DNA of 64,000 nucleotides, taken from NCBI RefSeq assembly GCF_036971445.1, contig NC_091472.1, positions 222,766,001 to 222,830,000 of the forward strand, read 5' to 3'. This DNA is from Narcine bancroftii. Its lineage: Eukaryota. Below, one piece after another: positions 11,851 to 24,689 of this stretch. Under the pieces are notes generated by a model, which saw only the letters and a list, made by a program, of their open reading frames with translations, was not told where the DNA came from and did no database searches. A program made the translations under genes and the position numbers. The stretch's first letter is position 1; every line of letters starts with the position of its first letter.

Positions 11851-14346
11851 ACAAACAATCGCTATGAACAATTTAGCCATTTCATCCTGTTCTGTCATTT
11901 TATTATGCTAGAACGCATCTACATCATAAATTTGTGGTTCCCCTTTTGATCAGAACAGGCAAAATTTCAGTGGTTTCATGTTGATGGGTTTCTGTGAGGG
12001 AAATCTGGATATCCATCCATTCTGTGAAATGTGTTTATTTTCTCTTCAATGTTGAATACTAATTTTAATATTAATTTGTTGAATTTTCTAATGTCTACAT
12101 GTTTTGCATGGAGGACTGGAGTACGTTATTTTGTTGGGTTGTACTTGTGCAAGCAGATGACAATAAACTTTGTTCATGATTTTCCTTATCAGAATAAGAA
12201 TTTATTGTCATGAACAATAGAAAATAGCTTTTAAGAAAATAGCTTCTCTTTCTGTAAAATCAATTCAGACATGTTTTTTTATATTCCCTAAGCAGTGTAG
12301 TTATTCACATTTTATTAATGGTGTTTGTTTCTGAATGCTTCTGTTCCATCAACTGCTTTGATCAGGCTGAAAGGAATCTCTTGTCTCACATTGGATAAGT
12401 CATGGCAACTGGTGGTTGTGCTACATTTATATCTGACTTTGGAGATCACATGATTTACTGGGCTATTTTTGATCGCTGAAGCTCTTTCCTAATGGGAGAG
12501 AAAATCAATCCATTTTGGGTATCAAGTTTGATCATCTGGTGTTGATTCTGTTTTAAATTTTAATTTTTTTTGGAGGAAAAGCAAATTTGATCTCAGGTTT
12601 TACTGAAAGTACCTAAGCAGTCTAGAATTCAAACCATTGAGTCATCTAGCACACTTTTAAGATAAGCTATTGGAAAAAAATATCCAATTTGTCTCAAACT
12701 CTTTTTTTTTTCAAATTGTTATGGAATTTTTCCCTCTCAAGTATTCCTCCAATTCCATGTTGAGTCTCATTGATGTATTCCAGATCATAACTGGATGCAT
12801 TTATAAATAAAATTCATTCACTTCAAAATACCTTCCAATCTTCTAAGATCTTTAAAGGAACTTACTAAAGTAGTACTTCTAGCATTGGATAAACTGTACC
12901 AGATGATCAAGCACGTTTATCATAGCTGCTGAGAACAGGCCCTATTTCTCTCAGTTTTCAGCTGGTGATGTTAATGTATAACTGTCATAGTATGGTGATG
13001 AATTTATTGCTTTATGTTTTGAAGATTGTCTGATGCCAGTGAAATTTGCATCCCATTTTACCAATGATTTCAGACTGTCATCTGGAAGGGCAGAAAAGCT
13101 AGAAACTTGGTTTATTGGTTAATGATAGACACTCAGGGTTCAGAAGGGACTTACCTTCTGCTCAACAATTCAGAAAGTACCATCGCTGATAAAAATATAT
13201 GGAGAATATTCACATAGGGAAATATGGAATTAATTATACAGGCATTGACTATTACCACTACTGCACTGAACTGTGATGTTGAGAAATTGAAGGGAAGTTT
13301 ACATCAATGGAAATAATGGACAATTCTTCTGAAACTTGATTCATGGGGATTTCATTTCAGTGAGTAAAGGGTAACTATGCATTCTATCAAATACTTAAAG
13401 TTATGTTTTGTTTCCCTTAACATCAAACAAAATTGCAGAGGTCCTGGTGCTGAAAAATGAAGACTATGAACAGGCTTCTAAATGTGACACGCAGAAGTAA
13501 AGACCCATTGATTGACTACTTTGGACGACAGTGGGGCATTGTATCTCTGAATAAATAGATAGACAATCACCTTATCAAGATGACAGATGTGCAGAAGCAC
13601 ACAGCTATCACCCTAGCATTAGAAAGAAAGAAAGCCTTTGCATTGGTTACATATCTGGAAACACATCATTTTCAACCCTCCAAACAAGATGAAATGTATT
13701 CAGGGTCACAGCTTAAATCGTTGATGGGAGAGACATCTATTGAAGATCAGGTGTCAGTTAAAAACCAATAATGTCCTCAGCAAAGACCTCATCACTAACT
13801 CTAAGGAACCATTATTGAAATGTAATCTTTCATGCAAGTCATGGATGGCCTAATAAAAGTCAAATGGTGGTTGTGGCAACAGCCACAAAACCTATAATCA
13901 AAGACTTTGCTGTCTAATATTTTCCAGGATGTAAACCAGGTATTCACACAGCCACACCTGGCGCTGAAGCTGAGTCGTCATTCGATAGCCATTTAATGTC
14001 TCTGGAAATTTCTCTTTAACACAATTTTTAGCACCTATTTAATCTCCTTTCTCTCCTTGCTGTAGGGGAAAAAGATCTCCTTGTTCTCATCATTGGATTG
14101 ATGGTGGAGCAAAGTGTTCAGTGGGTCTTCCCATTTGAAAAAGAATGGGAGGTGATCTTTTCCAATTATGTCAAATTATTAGAGGGTCTAATTGGTTGGA
14201 TACTGGGAAAATGTTTTTCCTGACCAGAGACTGGAACTAGGACTATAGTTTTCTTTTTTATCTACTCCAGGGGTCAATGAATGCTAAGCTGTGGTGTGTA
14301 TTCACTGTTGACATTGATATCATTTTGAGCATGTTGAATTGAGGTA

Positions 14347-14568
14347 CAGTAAATCCCCTGGTATCCGGCACCTCTGGGGGTTTGTAGATGCCGGATAAGT
14401 GAATTTTCTGGTTGTTTGAGATTGCATGTTGCATGATTGGAAAACTAATGGCGAGGCGCACCATATTCCATATTTCCGTATTTTTTTAACTTATTTATCT
14501 TCCATTTTTTTTTGTCCATTGCTTGAGGCTGACAGTTGCTTGAATTCTGGATAACAGGGTTTTTTCTA
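14347..14568. mobile_element. Tigger/pogo-type MITE
   Basis: TA|CAGTAAATCCCCTGGTATCCGG with a degenerate right TIR CTGGATAACAGGGTTTT. Confidence 0.55.
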
Positions 14569-14684
14569 TATATGGGTGGGGAAGTGGTTGAGATAGAAGA
14601 TGTTCGATCCAGTTGAAAGGCTTAATTTCTTGTGTTTTATTCTGCACCCTCTTATGGTTACCTCTCTTTTTAAATATATATGTA

Positions 14685-14928
14685 TTCTTTGGCTTGGCTT
14701 CGCGGACGAAGATTTATGGAGGGGTAAATGTCCACGTCAGATGCAGGCTCGTTTGTGGCTGACAAGTCCGATGCGGGACAGGCAGACACGGTTGCAGCGG
14801 TTGCAGGGGAAAATTGGTTGGTTGGGGTTGGGTGTTGGGTTTTTCCTCCTTTGTCTTTTGTCAGTGAGGTGGGCTCTGCGGTCTTCTTCAAAGGAGGTTG
14901 CTGCCCGCCGAACTGTGAGGCGGCAAGA

Positions 14929-14932
<4 letters not shown>
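14685..14932 (-). mobile_element. 5'-truncated RTE LINE inserted in an old L1 3' end (~14660-15320)
   Basis: C-terminal CNRCNRVCLSRIGLVSHKRAC and tail GCCAAGCCAAAGAA; near-identical to the 43297 and 62323 copies. Confidence 0.9.

Positions 14933-14965
<33 letters not shown>
14932..14965. repeat. (AT)n microsatellite
   Basis: About 17 AT units at the RTE 5' junction. Confidence 0.95.
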
Positions 14966-14968
<3 letters not shown>

Positions 14969-15449
14969 TGTACATATAAAACAATTATGAAATGCATAAT
15001 ATTAATGATAAATGACAAATTAGATAACTCACAAAACTATAAAGCATACATAACACAACCATAATTCAAAATTACATCAAGTAGAGAAAAAAAATTATAT
15101 TTTTCACATACAGCGTAATTCTAAACCCTATCCTCTAACTCAAGGTGTATGACTAAAGAAAATATATACTTCGATCATGAAACAAAATGGCAAATATTAA
15201 AATTTGAAAATAATATTATGTCTAGAGGTTATGAAAGTAATTCAAGAATGGTCCCCACAGCATTTGAAACTTTATATTTGAATTGTTACCGATAATTGAA
15301 TAACATTATTCATGGTTACCTCTCAAGTGCCCAAAATTGAGGCATTGCTCAAACTGAAATCTTACCAATGATTATGTAACATCTACAGTACACAGAATTT
15401 TTCTTGAAGCTGGGAATTGTTTGATTTGCATTATCCTTCTATACAATTA

Positions 15450-15726
15450 TTATTTTTTTTTAAATTTTTTTATTTTTCACACCATAAATCACATTAGCCA
15501 TGATATACACTATTTCTTTTTCACACATATACAGTGACTTTTTCTCTCCCCCCCCCCTCCTCCCAAGCCACCCCCCCCACCCCCCTCTCTCATCCATTTT
15601 AGGTATACAATCTAGGTTGCATTAAGCCAGTCAGACAATGTTGTCATTCAACAAAAATACACCAGAAATTTCTACTGAGTCCATTCTTTTCTTTCCTTCT
15701 CCTTCCATCAACTTAGGTAATGTTTG
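15450..15726 (-). mobile_element. 5'-truncated L1 (3' UTR related to the 29998-35890 family)
   Basis: Poly-A tail; 17-bp TSD ATCCTTCTATACAATTA at 15433-15449 and 15727-15743; G-rich 3' UTR. Confidence 0.9.
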
Positions 15727-17171
15727 ATCCTTCTATACAATTACATGTACAGATTTACCTCAGCAATTCTTTCCACCTATTATATTTAGTTTTTATAGTC
15801 TCTCTTTTTGTGTCATTTCCAAATCTATTGTTTCATAGTCCTCTGCATTAATCTTGTGTGTCTGCACATTTCAAGAGTTGTGTTTACCCCAAAATCAGCT
15901 GCTGGCTCCACTGTCATTTGAAAACTTAGAAATTGTGTCCATCATATACAGAGAGCAGTCTTCCTAGGGTCACTCTTTGGAAGATGTCCTGATCTGCTTG
16001 TGTTCAATAGCAAAATTTGAATTTCTCCAGCCACTTCCCCTTCATTTGCCAGAATTTCAATTCTGCTTTAGCCCAGATATATAGTCATGCTACCATATTG
16101 CAATGTTGTATGAATGCTGTACCAGACACTGAGTGCCACTTAATATTATGTTGGAAAACCACTCACTTGTTATCTTTCTGATCTCTCACCTTTGTTCTGG
16201 CGTGCACAGTTTTGGGAAGGTGATGAAGCAGCTGTCATATTTCCTTCTCACTGTGTAAACGTTAGTAATTTCTTTTGTGAGGATGGAAACTTGGATCATT
16301 CTGAAAAATAAACTGCATGTACAGGCCAGGAATGCTTAGACATTTTAATTATTCACACCAATGAGTAAGCATCCTGTACCATCAATACCTATTTGAAACA
16401 CATGAATCAAATTTGAATCTGTTCAGGCAACATTTTTATTTTGAAAATCCTTGATTGGTGAGTTCTGAAGTTGCGCAGGGGATTACATGAAGCAGTCATG
16501 AGTGATTTGTTGGTAAAGCCAGCTCTGAGCACAATCATTTTATCCAGAGGACAAGAGGCTTGGCTGAGTTTTATGATCCTTGTTTTGGCACTACTGTGAA
16601 ATTGTGAGGAAAAACTAACTTGGAATTTTCTTTCTAATTTCCTGCACGTAATATATTTGTATAATTAGTCAAATGAGGTAAGATTAAACTTTTTTCCCCC
16701 AACTCATAACAATCTCTCCCTCAACATCAACCAAATGCAGATCAAAGACTAAGAAAATTTAGCAAGTACTCTTATAGATGCATCATAGAATGTAGCCTGT
16801 TGAACAGATCACAGCTTGTTACTGGAACTGCTCAGCTAAATATCATTAGGTCAGAGAGTTGTGAAAGCACTTCAGATCATCGTACAAAGCAACTTCCCCT
16901 CCATTGATGCCATTATACCTCTTGGTGTCTTGAGAAAGCTACCAGCACGTTAATGAACTCATCACACCCCATCAGATTCCCTTCTCCCCCGACTTTCTTT
17001 GGGCAAAAGATGCATGTGATTGAAAACACAAACCTCCTGATTCTTTTCTGGGAATCATTGGGATTTATCTTCTTGATGTGTGAAGTTTTCCTTCAGCATG
17101 GTGGTGTTGTGGTCTTGTTACCTCTCTCTTGTTTATCCCTCACTTAACCTTTCCTTCACTTCCCTCTGCAG

Positions 17172-17327
17172 TTTGCTCAGTACAAGCAAAGAAAGGCAAA
17201 AAGTGACTGCTTGGATTTGGCAAAGAAGAAGAAGAAGCAGAGGAAGAGCCAGGCTGTCCACCAAGATGATCTTCCAGATGAAGAGCATTCGCTTGTGGAA
17301 CAGGATGGGGAAATGTTGGAGCACAAG
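17172..17327 (+). CDS. PCNT: PCNT exon 2 (FAQYKQRKAKSDCLDLAKKKKKQRK...LEHK)
   Basis: Polypyrimidine tract plus ctgcag acceptor; AAG|gtaaat donor; 156 nt. Confidence 0.92.
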
Positions 17328-17529
17328 GTAAATGTGTGTGCAAATGTTGCATTTCGTGTATGCAAAGGAGCAAGCCAATGACAGGATTGTCAGACAAGAA
17401 TAAATAATAAGATAATCTTGCAATATTTTGCATTGTAGTATTTTTGAGTCTACATTACATAGAAATTGGCAAGCAGCAAAATACATAATGCAATTTAGGG
17501 TCTGAGAAGGTTGGCCTTAAAACCTGTCA

Positions 17530-20500
17530 AACGAAGAATACAATGCAAAATGGTGGCAGTTGAGGCGTAGTGAGGTTGGAGGGCTCCACGTTAAAAAGAT
17601 GAGATGAGAAAAGAGAGGTTAAGGTGTAGAAACCCCCAGTAAGAATTCATGGAAGAGGGATAGGATAGTTTAGAAAGTAGTGAAGTGATAAAGAAATTGG
17701 ACAAAAGGCAAAATTAGCAAGAGGGGAGAGTGAAAAGAGCTTACCTTGTGGCAGAGAGAGCGAAGTCAATGAGGGGCCTACCCAGAGGCTGAGGATGGCG
17801 ACGGCTGCATTGTTGGCATCCAAGCAGGGACCTTCCTATCAGGAGGAGAATGCACGAGAGGAGGTGAGCAAAGGCAACCTGGGAGAGGCCAGTCTAGGAA
17901 GGCATCCAGTGAAGATAGCGACCGAGGACCTGGGATTGCTGTCGGGCGTAGGAGATGTGGCAGCGCAGAAAGGGTCCGGTTGGGATAGAGAGGACGGCAA
18001 CAGAGGTAGTGGTGACATCAGCGAGGATGGGGTGCCTGGAGGCTCAAGGTAAGGGGAGTTGGGCTGAGAAGGAGAGGGAGGCGATACCGGCAGCAGCAGG
18101 AGGCGCAGAAATATGAGGACGGTGGAGCCAGGCTGAGGTCGGGATGACAGCGGCAGAGAGAAACCTAGAGGTGCAAGGCTGGGGGAGTCGATCCAAGGTA
18201 GAGACTGTGAAGATATCAGCGGCGGTGGAGAGAAGTAGTCCATGGGCTGGGAAGAGAGGTACCAGGGAAAGGAGCATTGGAGGGCATTCAAGGTGGACTC
18301 CAGGGCAACATGGCCAGAGAGAGAGTGGTGCGAAAGACGCTTGGCAGGGTTGCCTAGAGTCAGAGAGCAAGCTGGAGGAGGAGGAGGAAGGTGAAGAAGA
18401 AGAAGACCAAGGGGAGAAAGAAAGACAACATATGGTGATGGAAGACTGATAAAAGAGGCAGAGGGCTTTGTGCCTTTTGCCAGGAAAATACTAGAGGCCA
18501 TTGGGCAAATAAAAAATACTTTGAGGACACTGGTGGCAAGGCAAGGGGCAATTAAAGAAAGGTTAGATCGCTTAACGGAAAGGGTAATGGAAACAGAGGA
18601 TAGAATTGAAAAGGTAGAGGAAAGATTGGATGGAGGGAGAATGAAATAGTTGTTTTGGAAAGGCATAAGGTAAAGATGTGGGAGATAATAGATATGTTAG
18701 AAAATATTAATTGGATGAATGCAATTAAGATTGTGGGGAGAGGCACAGTTGAGTTCCTGCAAATATGAATCCTAGGTATATGGGGAGGGAAAAAATTTGG
18801 AGAAAGAATGGACCCACCGGTCTCTCGCCCAGGGCCATACCAAATTCCATGCTCTATCCTAGTGAGATTTCTGTGCTACCAGGATAGAGAGAGAGAATTT
18901 TGAGAGCGGCAGCAGTGGGGGCAAAAGCAAGGGGGGTGGGGGGGTCCTGGTGGAATATGAGGTGGGGGGGGAAAAGGGGAAGGTCTTATTCTATCTGGAC
19001 ATAATTGTGGCGTTGTTGAGGTGCAAGAGGGAGTTTGATCCGGTAAAAAAGAGTTTGAAATGAAAAGGAATTGAATTTACCCTCCTTCATCCAGCAGCGC
19101 TGAAGATAGTAAGGGCGAGAGGGGTAAGAAGGTTTTTTAAGGACCCAAAGGAAGCAATGGGACTTTGTAAGAACCCTGCCACTACTACGAGACTAAATAT
19201 AAATGTAAATAAAGGGGAAAGAGGGATTCAGGGGAAGAATGGATTGTAAATACTGAAAGTGTGGGGACTCCAGGAGGGCTTTGTTTCTTTATATAACATT
19301 AATTTTTGAAGGGGATTGTTTATGTTAAATAAAGAAGAGATATGGAGAGCTCACAGAAAGGGAGGGAAATATAAGTGGAAGATGGGACTGTTGAGCACTT
19401 ATCAAAATAGGGGTAGATTGGTGCTAATAACTTGGTTATTGGTGCTGGGGTGAGTAAGGGCAAATGGAGGAGGGGAAGAAAGAAGAGGGTTTTTTGTTTG
19501 ATTTTGGATTGTGGGTTTTAGTTCTGTTAATTTATTTAGTTTTTGTTTGAAGCACGATCACCTGTGTCAAGGATCTACAGAAAAGAATCAGGTCGAAGGC
19601 TAAGTATTGGAGATAAGAAAGAGGGGGAGGAGCAAAATGGAGTGGTCTGAGGATAATAGATAAGTCAATTAAATTTGTGAGTTTTAATGTAAATGGGATA
19701 AATGGGATGATGAAGAGTTGGCTTACCTAAAAAAGATGCAGGTGGACATAGCATTTTTGCAGGAGACCCATCTTATAGAACAAGAGCATTTAAAATTAAA
19801 GAGGACGTGGGTGGGTCAGGTGGTGATGTCCTCCTTCAATTCCAGGGCCAGGAGTGTGGCCATTTTGATAACGAGGAATGTTTCAATGGGGGTCAAGAAT
19901 GTGGCCGTAGACTAGGCAGGGAGAATTGTAATGATACATTGCCAAATATACTCGAAATCCATAGCACATCAATATACATGCCCAAATTTCGATGACTAAA
20001 AATTTATACAAGATATATTCTTGAAAGTAAGTGAAGGGTGTGAAAATGTCTTGATTGGAGGGGATTTTAATTTTTGTCTGGATCCGTCATGGACAAGTCA
20101 GCAAAGAAAATAACAAGGGCCAGGGCAGCTAAATCTACCCCGGCCTTTATGAAGAGTTGAATTACTTCTTTTACCCGAGACAACATGATTCCTACATTGG
20201 AATTGATTTATTTTTGGCATCAGCCCAATTGGAGGGTAGGATAGTGGGAACCGAGTACATGGTGCGGCTACTGTTGGACCACTCTCCCTTTACTTTATCC
20301 ATTATAATGCTAGATAAGTAGGCCTCTATAGATGGTGCCTGAATACGCTGATGTTGGGAAAAGCAGAATTTTGTAGCTTTATCAGGGCCTAGATGGAATT
20401 GTTCTGTAAGATGAATTGCCCCTCTACTGAGGATAACTCCCTAATATAGGACACATTTCATTGGATATACCAAAAGCATTAAAAAGGGGCACATAAAGTA

Positions 20501-23125
20501 GATTAGCGCCCTAGAACAGGAGATAACTCAATTGAAAAAGGATTATCAAAGAGCAGATACAGAAGAAAAATACAGAAATTTGGTGAATAAAAAGCTCAAA
20601 TATAATATGTTACAAACATATAAAACAGAAAAGTTCATTTTAAGATCTAGACACCAATATTATGAGCTGGGAGAGAAGGCCCACAAAGTCTTGTCCTGGC
20701 AGGTGAGGGTGGAAGAGGCTTCGAGAACAATTAATGTGATTAGAACAGAGGAAGGCAAGATCTCATATAAACCAAAAGAAAGAAGTGATACATTTGGAAC
20801 ATTTTACAACGAATTGTTCTCATCAGAATCAAGGGGTGATCCCACCAAAATAGACATTTTCTTGCTTTCTTTGGACCTACCAATTTTGGATCAGGAGGAG
20901 CGAGAGGAGCTGAATGCCACTTTCTCTAAAGAGGAGATCCCAGAGACCCTGAGCTCTTTGCAAGCTGGCAAATCACCGGGAAATGATGGTTTCCCTACTA
21001 AATTTTATAAAGTGTTCAAAGATCTGCTAATATCCCTTCTTATGAAGGTGGTGGAACATGCGGTGGAGACACATACCCTCCTGGAGTCTTTCTCAACACC
21101 AATCATTATGGTGATACCCAAAAAAGGCAGGGATCCATTGAGCCCTGCCTTGTATGGACCCATCTCATTATTAAATACAGAATATAAAATCATTGCAAAA
21201 GCTAACAGGTTGGCAAAATATTTGCTGAAATTGGCAAATCCAGATCAAGCTGGATTTGCAGAAAGGAGACAGTCAGCAAACAATATAGCTAGACTGCTTA
21301 ATCTGGCACAATCGGCAGTGGATCCAGGAGTGGCCATATCTCTGGTTGCAGAGAAGGGACTTTTTTATTCAAGGTACTGGAGAAATTTGGAATGGGTCAA
21401 ACATTTATAAACTGGGTGAAGACACTTTACAATAAACCCTAAGCAAAAATTATTACAAATGGCAGATGTCTCCAGTGTTTCCATTGAGTAGGTCCAGTAG
21501 GCAGGGCTGTCCATTGTTTCCAGTGCTGTTTATACTGGCAATTGAGCCACTGGTGGAAGTCATTCAGTGCAATCCGGACATAAAGGGGTTCACGATGGAT
21601 CAGGTTGAGCTGATGAAGTTTTAGTGTATTTGACAGACCTCGAGGGGTTGTTGGCCAGGCTGAAGACCACACTGGAGGATTATGGGAAGGTCTCGGGGTA
21701 TAAGGTAAATCTGGACAAAAGTGAAATTATGCCTTTGACGAATGGGGATTATAGACAACATCATCAGCGAAGTCAATTTGAATGGCCACAGGAAGGCATT
21801 ATGTTTTTGGGGCTAAAATAGATAAAGATTTATGTAACTCATACAAACTTAATTATCTTCCTTTGTTCTGGAAGATTGAGGAGGACCTTGATAGATGGAG
21901 GACTCTGCAGATTACACTGTTGGGCAGAGTTAACTGTGTCAGAATGAAGGTGATGCCAAGACTCCAGCATCTTTTTCAATTGTTACCCATTTCATTGGGC
22001 TGGGGTTTATTTAAGATGCTCAGCAAATGTGTCATAAAGTTCCTGTGGAATGGTAGAGTGGCTAGAATCTCCATGGAAAAGTTGACATAGGATTACAATT
22101 CATTGGGGGGGGGGGTGGTTAAAGTTACTGGATTAAAAAAAATATTATTGGGCAGGCCAGGCAATGTTTATCACCTCACTCTTTGAGCTGCCCCCCCCCC
22201 CCCCCTTTGCTGGGCTCAAATTGGACTACACATGGTAGGTGAAAAGATGGCAGGAGAATTTATATATAAAGTGGACACTAAATTAATTTCAAAGAAAACA
22301 GATAACCCAGTGGTTCTCAACCTTTTCCTTTCCACTTACATGCCACTTTAAGTATTTCCCATGCCATAGGTGCTCTCTGATTAGTAAGCGATTGCTTAAG
22401 GTGGTATGTGGGTGGAAAGAAAAAGTTTGAAAACCACTGTTTTAATTGTACCTAATTGACTTGTTATGTGCACTGTTTCCTAACTCCAAAGGAAATGGGC
22501 CAATAACAATTTTTCTCAAGCAAAATAGTAAAAATTGGGTCTAGAGCAGTGGTTCTCAGCCTTTTCCCCCACTCACATATCACCTTAAGCAATCCCTACT
22601 AATCACAGTCCACCAATAGCATAGGAGTTACTTAAAGTGGTATGTGAGTGGAAAGAAAATGGTTGAGAACCACTGAGATAACCTCATACTAAAGCATATA
22701 CTTCAGCAATTGCAAAGAATAAATCAATGTATTGGATGGAAAGTGGGAATATCTCCTAAAACACCTTTGTCCCAGAACAAGTTAATGCCCTTGACTCTGG
22801 GTAATAAGATCCTGGACACTTGGTGCCAGAAGGGGATCAGGTGTCTCGAGGACTGTGAAAAACAAAGGCAGCTCATGTCATTCGAGCAGTTGAGGAACAA
22901 ATATGGTTTGTCTAATAGAACATTATTCTGCTATCTGCAAATAAGATCTTTCTTAAGGGAAAAATTAGGACCGTCTATGACCCTACCTAGATATAATTAA
23001 ATGGAGATTATAATTCCGCAAAGGAATATGTGTAAATTTCTTTCTCGAATGTATTACACATTCCAAAGTGAGGGCCTGAAGCTGGGCTTACACAGGACGA
23101 GAGAGAGTTGGGATTTGGACTTGGG
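17530..23125 (+). mobile_element. Older L1 (family B): decayed ORF1 and ORF2, 3'-truncated; 5' boundary approximate
   Basis: EN motifs FVSFNVNGIN and IAFLQETHL. RT motifs KSPGNDGFP, PISLLNTEYKII and VSGYKVNLDKSE. ORF1 remnants at ~18420-19190. Confidence 0.85.
22308..22675. mobile_element. hAT-Charlie composite MITE (copy 2) inserted into L1 ORF2
   Basis: TIR CAGTGGTTCTCAACC/GGTTGAGAACCACTG; perfect 8-bp TSD AGATAACC at 22300-22307 and 22676-22683. Confidence 0.92.
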
Positions 23126-23864
23126 CACTTTTCAGAAACTTGATGCTGCAGTTTTCAGCAAGATTGGTTTGTGGTCCTCTTCAGTACCCTCCTTCTTCCG
23201 TTTCTTACTTTATCGAGTACATCTTGCATTTGTAGGGACTCACTCAGAAATGTGTAGATTCGCAAGTGAGTGTGAATTTTTGATCTTGTCTGCACACTTA
23301 AGAATTATTCAGAATCATTGCTGGAAAGGTGGTGCTAATATACATGGGTATTTTGACTTATGAATCTTTCCTGGCAATCCCATTAAATTTTTTGTTATCT
23401 TTTGTATATTAATTTCATTTTTAAATTAATTGTGTGATGAAGCCATTTTCAATGACTGGTACTCTGACAATTCTCTTTCCATTCCTGATTTGCTCTCATT
23501 TCTCATGATGATTAGATAACACTGTCATCCAATGTCTGTTCATTATAAGCGCATTTGGATATTGACATGCTATAGAAGCATGAAAGAAGAAATTTGATTG
23601 ACCAGGTGTTGTGCATCCAAAAATATACAATACATTTTCAGAAAATACAGCTTTTAGCTGTATTTTGTTTTGTCCCGTTTTTACCATTAAAAAAAAATTA
23701 CGTCATCTTGTAGGTTATTTCTATATGAGTGGCTATTTATAGATTTTGAAGGTAAAATATTACCGTATTCATTCTCTTTTTATTCTTACAGTTTGTGTCA
23801 TTTTCTTCTTGTCCGTTTTTAAAATGCATGAGAAAGGACCTTCACAATAAATGATCTCTTCCAG

Positions 23865-24047
23865 GAGGGAGATGTGAGTAACAATTCGGAACATATTCAA
23901 ACAGAGCTCGAGACCTGCCAGCTGAGAATAATTGAACTTGAGGAACAATTGGAATCCAAAGAAGTGACTTTGGAGCAGCTTATCACTGAGATGGAAGAAC
24001 TGCAGAAACAACAGGCTACTCTCCTTGCAAATGAGGAAACGCAACAG
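23865..24047 (+). CDS. PCNT: PCNT exon 3 (EGDVSNNSEHIQTELE...EETQQ)
   Basis: ttccag acceptor, CAG|gtattg donor; 183 nt; coiled coil. Confidence 0.85.
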
Positions 24048-24689
24048 GTATTGAAAAATATGTAGCTTGGCTATTGCTTAAATAGACTTCTATTGGTTTC
24101 CTTAGTGGCTTAGTTTAATGTTATATTTTTTATGATGACAGTCGAACATGCAGAAATAATAGTTATTTAAATTAGACTAATGTTGCTTTGGTGTATGGAT
24201 CAGACAAAGAATTATGGTTTTTTTTTTTGTTATTGTGTTTGATGACTGGTGAATTTGGAACCGAACACATTTGCTATCTCATGGATTCAGGAGAGAATAT
24301 ATTTTATAATTATGCTTAGAAGTTGTGAATGTGTTTAAAAGTAATTGGATATTTGTTACTGGTTGAATATTGGACTAATAATCTGAAAAAAAAATGTTAA
24401 TTTTATGTACAAGATATAATTCATTCTTAACATAGAAAAAAGGTTTGCATTTTATGTTATGTTTTATACGACCACCTAGTGAACCATATTTTTTGTTTAA
24501 CTGTAATTTATGAACTTGGAAAACCAGCTCATCTCTCATGGAATACGAAGAGTACTCTTAACAAGTCCATGATACTCCTTTTGGTAATTTGTCCATGATA
24601 AAGTTCTTCAGATATTTTTGTGATAGTGACCAAATCATCAATTGTTGAGAGAATTTTTTCTCTGTTCAGTGGAGCACATCTTCATCAGC

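Noticed and set aside
13430-14000. Coding-looking stretch in intron 1
   Set aside because: It has stops in all frames, no recognisable motif and is not needed for the PCNT frame. It may be an old TE, but I cannot assign it.
17839-18666. 275-aa Pro/Ser/Leu-rich minus-strand ORF
   Set aside because: It is the antisense of the purine-rich L1 5'/ORF1 region, a compositional artefact.
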